64,000 nt of DNA. Origin: Entomortierella parvispora E1425. Taxonomy: Eukaryota; Fungi; Mortierellomycota. Of this stretch, positions 57,691 to 64,000 are shown in pieces. Each line of letters starts with the position of its first letter. Position 1 is the stretch's first letter. The translations under genes were made by a program, and so were the position numbers. The notes below the pieces were generated by a model. The model was given only the letters and a program-made list of their open reading frames with translations, had not been told where the DNA came from and made no database searches. Location of the stretch: contig BQFW01000010.1 of assembly GCA_020891255.1 (NCBI GenBank), forward strand, positions 1-64,000, in the 5' to 3' direction.

Positions 57691-60600
57691 ATGCTCTCGA
57701 CCGTCTCGCTCATTGATCCCACGACCCTCAATCCATCCTTCTCAGGACCAGACACGAGCAGGATGGGTCGGCCCGGCGTGATCATCACGCGCGCAGACCA
57801 GCAGACCGCTGTCGACCAGTTCCAACTCCTCCTCACCTCCGCAAAGGCGTACCGTCTCCAGATGCTGGCCCTCTCCAAGGCTGCTGCTGGCTTTGGATAT
57901 GCTCTCGAGAAAATTGCCCACTCCAAGGCCTCCGTGAGGGATCCGACTAACGTTTGTAAGTCTGGTGCCTTTCTCCTTCTCTCTGACCCGCCTCGCTGTC
58001 TGTTGTTCTCATTCGCAACTTGCTCACTGACATGACGCTATCCCTTCCTTTCCTTTCCCTTCCTTGCGTCAGGCTCGAGCCTGCAGGCCGCTGCAGGATT
58101 GCACTATCTGATGTCGAATCACCATCAGATCCTCAGCGACACTCTGTACAAGCAGTTCGAGATCCCTCTTCTTCAGCACCTGGATACCCACAAAGCCAAC
58201 ATCGAAGCTAGTGAGGCCCAATACGAGCGTTCAATGCGAGACATGAGCCAAAAGATCAAAGAAACCGAGGCAACCTCGCTCCAGAATGGACGGAAACGTC
58301 AAAGAGGCAAGTGTGTTTTTGTTTTATCCTGTATTTTCCTTTGCGACGTCTCCCGTATCTTTTTCTATTTCTTTTTGGCATGCATGGTCGGATCTGTCAA
58401 TTCTTTCCCAGAGAAGCCAGGGAGGGAAAGAAAACCTTCTTCTGCTTATGTGATCGTCCATGGATGGGCCAGGCACCGATCAGCAGATGCATGGCCGTAT
58501 TCCAAGGCCGCGGTAACCACACTCGCAACTCAGATATTTTGTTCCGCCTGCTTGTCCATTCTTCATTCTGTTCCCTTTCTGAGGACAGGAGTGGCTACTC
58601 TACTGTCTGCTCTTTTTGCTATCGTCTCTATCCCGTCCCCAAGTCGCCGACCGTCAAGGTCATCGACTAACAGTCAGACGGTTCAGACTCCCTTTTTCAT
58701 TACACTGGACTTGCACCCCTCTTTTCCCGCATGTCCTGATCATATGAGCAGCGATTGCACAGAGCGGACACACAAACGATGGGCAAACAGCCGATTTCAT
58801 GGCGTTTCTTTGTGCACCCTCGTTGTGTTGTTTGTGGCACTCTATTTTTTTTTTTTTTTTGTTTCCCCTCCTTCACCAGTTCGATTGCACTCCTTTTTGG
58901 GCCAACAAACCTCACCCATTACCTCGATCGTGCAAGTGAGGCTCCTGTGCAGAATGCTTGCTCCTGGAGCCCTACCAGCGTTTCATGACTCGGAAGATAT
59001 TGGACCTTGGTGCTATCGGGTCTACTTCCTTACCCCTCTCGTTGTTACAGCCAGGGACTATCCCGCAATAATTCAGCATGATGTGCATCTGCGCTTTAGT
59101 TAGAGTGGACATGACCCCCACCTCACTAAATCATGCACCCGCAGCCCACCCCCCTAGTTTGCATCCAATTGTTGATTTCCATCACTGCAAAGAGTTCTTC
59201 CGCGACGTTCCTTGCAACTGTGGAATGAAAAGGCCACAACAAAAACACAAACACAGAGAAAAAACCACAACTCCTCTGCCATGTCATGCCATATATGCAT
59301 GGTATGACAAGGCCCTGATATTTACAAAACAATGGATCAAAGAACAAAAAAGTGGTCGAGATTTATCCCTTTTGGGCTTTTTATTAACTGCGTAATGAAT
59401 GGATTTTGCTGCATTCCCGATTTTCAATAGACCTGCTGCAGTTCCGACAAGCCTTGACGACATTGACTATGCAGGTGGATGAGCTGGAGCGGATCAAGCT
59501 TGGTTACTACTTTAGTAACCTGGAGAGCGAGCAAGCAAACCTGCAACTGATCCTGCAAAAAACATCCACAATTGTCCGCGCCGAGGTCGACATTTACGAG
59601 AGAATCGCCAACAAAGGACTGAACGACACCATTCTAGAGCCTGTACGTCCCCAACACATTCAGTGAGTATCATTCTCTATCGGAAAAGTTCCGGCGATGA
59701 CTAACTTACCCCATTTTTTTTTTCAATGTTGGGACAACATAGATGACAACACAAGGCCCTGATCCTTACTGCACATACCCAACCACCGATGAATTTTCCT
59801 CCATATTTTCTATTTTACCACCGACGCCCATCATTGCCACCGCCGGCGCTTCTACAACCACGACACCGCAGCCAGAGTCGACCATGTCCAACTTTTATGG
59901 ATACCATGAAGTCAACCCTTTTTCGACAGCAAGGAACCAAACCAACAATCCTCCTCGTGACAGACATTTGTTTGGAGATATTTCCTCTGTGGAATCAAAG
60001 GCGTCTATGATGCATCAAGCAGCAACGATACTTTCTAAGGATGGAAATGCAGGCGATGCTGCCACAGCAGCAGCCACCTCTGTGGAACCTACGACGTCCA
60101 AGGAAAGTCGACATGCTGCATATGATAAGGCGACAGGCGATGAAAGCGAGCACGATGAGCAGAGGGCTGAGACAGCTGTCGATTCATTGGGGGCTCAGGA
60201 GTCGGGAGAGGAGCACGATGAAAATTCGCAACTTCAGACTGTACCAGAGGAAGCGACACCAGACTCTCCTTCTTCATCGACCCAAAATCGGGAAGAGGAA
60301 ACGACTGCTAGTCAGGGAGTGGATCTGCGAACTGGAGAGAATCATCACCGCCGTCAGCAGGCGCTGGACGATAGTCCGCAACCAGCTTCAAGCACCAGCT
60401 TCGAGCAGGCCTCGTCCTCTGTGCAGTCCTACAGCCTCCGCTCCCGTTCCGGATCCCGCAGTCATCGAATGCTAGGCACGACTCCAGATTCACCACCCGT
60501 GGGAGCTTCTATTCACATCTCCAAGGATTCAGAACTCTTGAACAACCGCGACTTTTCATTCTCATACGAACCCAGGGAACTGCTGGAGCAGAGGAATCAG

Positions 60601-61233
60601 CATTCGCAACTGAATCTCAGCAACCACCGACAACAACGCTTCAGCAACGGATTCGAGGACATGGATCATGATTCATCCCTGGAGGACTTTCGAGCCACCA
60701 CCTCTCTGACCTCGCAGCAATTGTCCTCGACCGTCACTGTTCCTGCTCATGGACTGTTGCATCGATCCAGCCATGGCCATTTGAGCCACAGCTCATCCTC
60801 CAACCTGAGCAGTATTGGGAGCACGAGCAGTGGATCCATGGGAAGTCTTCATCATCGCCGGAGCACGGGGATGATCAAGTCCCTTCCAGGTGAGAGCGGT
60901 GGTCATCTGGAAACATCTTCTTCAATGCTCTTTGGAACGTCGATGGAAGAGCCATTCTTGCCCTTGATGAAGCAACGAGTGGAGATGGCGGATCATATTC
61001 GGGAATTGGGACGTGGACTGGATGATGGCATGCCCGCGTTCTTTGCAGACGATCTGGACGGGGGCGAAGACATGAGCCCCACCCGGTCGCTGAAGAGACA
61101 GGACAGTGAAGGCAATGTGTGCTTGTTGGCCTCACGTCTGCAGGGCTCCAACTCAAGCTTGGATTCCGTTCGCATGGCGGATGGAAGCAGCAAGGAAATG
61201 AGCTCACCCGCCGCCGGGGTGGCCGTGATTTAG
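57691..61233 (+). CDS. Ivy1-like I-BAR/IMD domain protein with long disordered C-terminus, multi-exon
   Basis: IITRADQQ..VDQFQLLL.SAKAYR..M..LSKAAAGFG.ALE, AAAGLHYLMSNH.QILSD.LYK.FE.PLL and IYERIA.KG. Exons ~57691-57955, 58073-58306, 59431-59641 and 59743-61233. Confidence 0.75.
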
Positions 61234-61475
61234 TGGAAGCGGCTCCCTTGCTTCAATCCCCCTTTTGTTGTCGTTGTTGTTATTGCTTTCGCCCTTCCCC
61301 ATTGTTGTTTCCTGTGGAGGGAGGCTTCAAATTTGTATATTATCTTGACAGGAATACATAAAAAGAAAAAAAAGAGGTGGTAAAAGAATATAATTTTCAA
61401 AAATATTTAGATGTTTATTCTTGCCCCAGCTTCATCTGGGAGGACAATTGCTTGCTTTCTTGAAGGAAAGCTGAT

Positions 61476-63369
61476 TTAACGGTTCATAACAACGAGCTCG
61501 AGGAACTATGGCGTCAAAGAGAGCAAAAATGAGAAAAGGATTGTTCCGAATGAGTGAGGACATTCTTTAGGGTGAAAACTCTTTGTTTCTTTTTTCTGGT
61601 AGTTTTTTGTCTTACCTGCTCGTATCCAATGGTGGCATAGCCCTTTCCTTCCCGGTCAATTCTCATGAATGCATCTGTCAATGACTTGACAGTAACGGCA
61701 ATCTGCACAAAGTTGTCAAAAGACACATCGCCACGACCTGCAGGGGTTTTACCTAGCAATGGTCAGAATCAGTGGATCAAACGTAATTCCAAGGGTACCA
61801 AAGATGCCACTGCACCTGGGCCTCTGAGGATCATCCCTTTTTTTCGTTCTTTTTTCTTTAGTTTCTTGAACTCACCTCTCTTGTCGTATTTCTTGATGAT
61901 CAATCTCAAAAAGTCGTCCGATAGGTTGTAACGGAAGGAACGCATCGCCGTCTTGAGCTCGTTAAAGTCAATGGAGCCGCTCTTGTCCTGATCAAAAGCA
62001 CTGAAGCATGCGCGCCACTCCTCAATGTACTTCCACAAGCCCGAGAACTCTGCAAAATTGATCAATCCCGAGTTGTCTAAAAAGAAGGAGAGAGAGAAGA
62101 GAAAAAGAAAGTTAGTCCCATGTGTGGCCAAGGGGGTGACACTATTCTCTCTACTGCTATGATCTAAAGAATCACCACTTGCCTGTGTCGAACATGTTCA
62201 TCATCAAGCGCACGGTCTCGATGTTGAAAGGACTCCAGTCACCTAATGATGATCAATTAAATAACATATTAGGGCTGTTCAGTTCCAGGGCCTTGATTCA
62301 TCGTCATCATTCGCTGGCAAAGAAAGCTAAGAATAGCAGCGAGCGATAAAGACGCGCTTTGCAAAAAAAGGATGAAAGCCCCCAAGTTGGGGTCCTCTTT
62401 TTTTTTTACTTTGCCAAGCCATGCTTGTTCAAATAAAACGTCCAAGCACAGCCTGCCGAGTCCACATGGACAAAGAAGACAGCCGAAATTTGCGTGGGAG
62501 GAAAGATGCTTTTTTGAAGATCCTGTGACGATGGTTCATTCTACTCCCTTCTCTTTGCAGACATTACCGTTAATGAGAGCACGCTGGAGCTCCTCAGTGC
62601 TCAGCTGGCCAGAGCGATCCGAGTCCACGGCGTCGAACCAATAACGGAGGTTGGCCTCATTAGACGCAGGAGGGGCTGTGGCGTGGGGTTGAGGATTCGA
62701 ACGAGTTCACCAAGGCGTACACAGCACAGCGCAGCATCGGTGAACAAAGACAAGTTCAGGAAGGTCAGCCATAGGTGGAGAAAAAGGTGGTTAATTAGAC
62801 AGAACGAGAAAGCAGATAAAAAAAAACCTCGAAGACACGACGCCAGTGGGGAAAATCCATGTTCCTCTCCTTCTGCATTGACCCAGCCCAGGTCCTGTCC
62901 CGAGTCATAAAAACAGCGCTTTGCTTGCTTCCTTGTGGCCCTGCTCGCGGTAGACAGCGAATGACTCTTTCTTGCTGATGCCCTGAAGATGCCATTGCTG
63001 CAGGTTGGATGGAATGCGTTTTCTCTTCTTGGTCATCTTTGTGAAGTCTGAGGTTGCCCCTCTTGCGCCCTTCCACTTGTCGACAGGTGCCTGCCAATAG
63101 AAACGCGGTCCTTTGGTCCATACTTTTTTTCGTTGTCGGTGGTTGGGAACAAGGAAGAGTGGATAAAGAAAAGTACCTTGGGGTGGTGCCTGGTAGCCTC
63201 CTGTGTATCCTGGCTGGGCAGCGGCAGCAGCAGCGGCGGGGGCCTGGTACTGGCCGTAGACGCCCTGCTGCTGAGGAGGAGGGGCCTGGTACTGGCCGTA
63301 CTGCTGCTGCTGTCCGTACTGCTGCTGGGGTGGTGGTTGTTGCTGGTAGTTGTACTGGTTGTAAGCCAT
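61476..63369 (-). CDS. PEF1: Penta-EF-hand Ca2+-binding protein (peflin/ALG-2/Pef1 family), multi-exon
   Basis: Gln/Gly/Tyr/Pro-rich N-terminus, then WFDAVDSDRSGQLSTEELQRAL, DNSGLINFAEFSGLWKYI, AFDQDKSGSIDFNEL and YEQFLELV. Confidence 0.9.
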
Positions 63370-63674
63370 TGCGATAGAAAGTGGCTGGTTTCTTGAAAGA
63401 GCAGGGCTGAGTGAAGGATGGATGAAAGAAGAAAGAGGAGCAGGGGGTGAAGGTGCAGCAGAAGGACAAAAGGGAGCGCTTTTATACTGCACCGAGGCAC
63501 AAATGGCGAAGGAGCGAAAGAAGGGGGACATCAAAAGACAGTCCTTCTGACGGTGCTCTGTTCTTCTGGAACAGGAAAAAGGAACGATTCGCTGATCGCC
63601 ATGTCGCTCCGCCTTCTGCTCATTCTTCCCTCAGGATCGACGCTTAAGGCACCCCTCGCATCGCCATCGGAACC

Positions 63675-64000
63675 ATGTCCTTCACACGCGCCCTCTCCTT
63701 CACAGGCGCAGCCGTGGCACAGTCCTCGCGCCGCCACCCTCTCACGAAAAGAAACCTCGCCAGCGCATTCCATACCTCTGCATGGCGCAACAAGTCATGT
63801 GTGGTTGAGTGGGGTTATGGCTCAACTGACCGCAAGGTCTTTGAGAGCGACTCTGTCATCCCTACGGTAGGTGGCAATACGCGACATACTTCTTTGGCTG
63901 TGCCTTCTAGATCAGATCCCTGACAAGACTCATGATCGTTTTTGAACCCGCCTGTCCTGAATAGGGTCCTAACAAGACATGGATCGCAGCAGGAGCTTCT
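63675..64000 (+). CDS. 5' part of a probable mitochondrial RCC1-repeat protein (RCC1L/Fmp25-like), truncated by the window end
   Basis: Arg/Ser-rich presequence-like N-terminus, VVEWGYG, an intron, then WIAAGAS, which is typical of RCC1 blades. Confidence 0.5.

Noticed and set aside
58099-59103. 334-aa ORF as a single exon
   Set aside because: Homology-like sequence stops at KRQR. The remainder is read-through into the long intron.

Overview
Eukaryotic, intron-containing fungal DNA. Gene families and intron style suggest Mortierellaceae/Mucoromycota; this is an inference, not a search result. The window has two parts. (1) About 1-23.9 kb has no intact host gene. It holds a frameshifted LINE-type retroelement (APE endonuclease + RT) preceded by a TATA box and a leader with four predicted spliceosomal introns. 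It also holds decayed duplicated exon-intron modules, several minisatellites, a telomere-like (A5-7CCCT)n array, a dispersed ~30-bp conserved motif and pseudogene remnants. (2) About 24-64 kb is a gene-dense block: 2OG-Fe(II) dioxygenase, small CxxC protein, DUF606/YdcZ transporter, a P2X-receptor-like channel with a very long tail, PNPOx-like FMN protein, two F-box proteins, alpha/beta hydrolase, TMCO4/DUF726, a small secreted protein, a PD-(D/E)XK-like protein, a 1.26-kb TA-flanked foldback element, TYW3, an Ivy1-like I-BAR protein, PEF1 and the start of an RCC1-repeat gene. Exon boundaries were read by hand from GT/GC-AG signals and frame continuity. Family assignments come from recognised motifs and need HMM confirmation.
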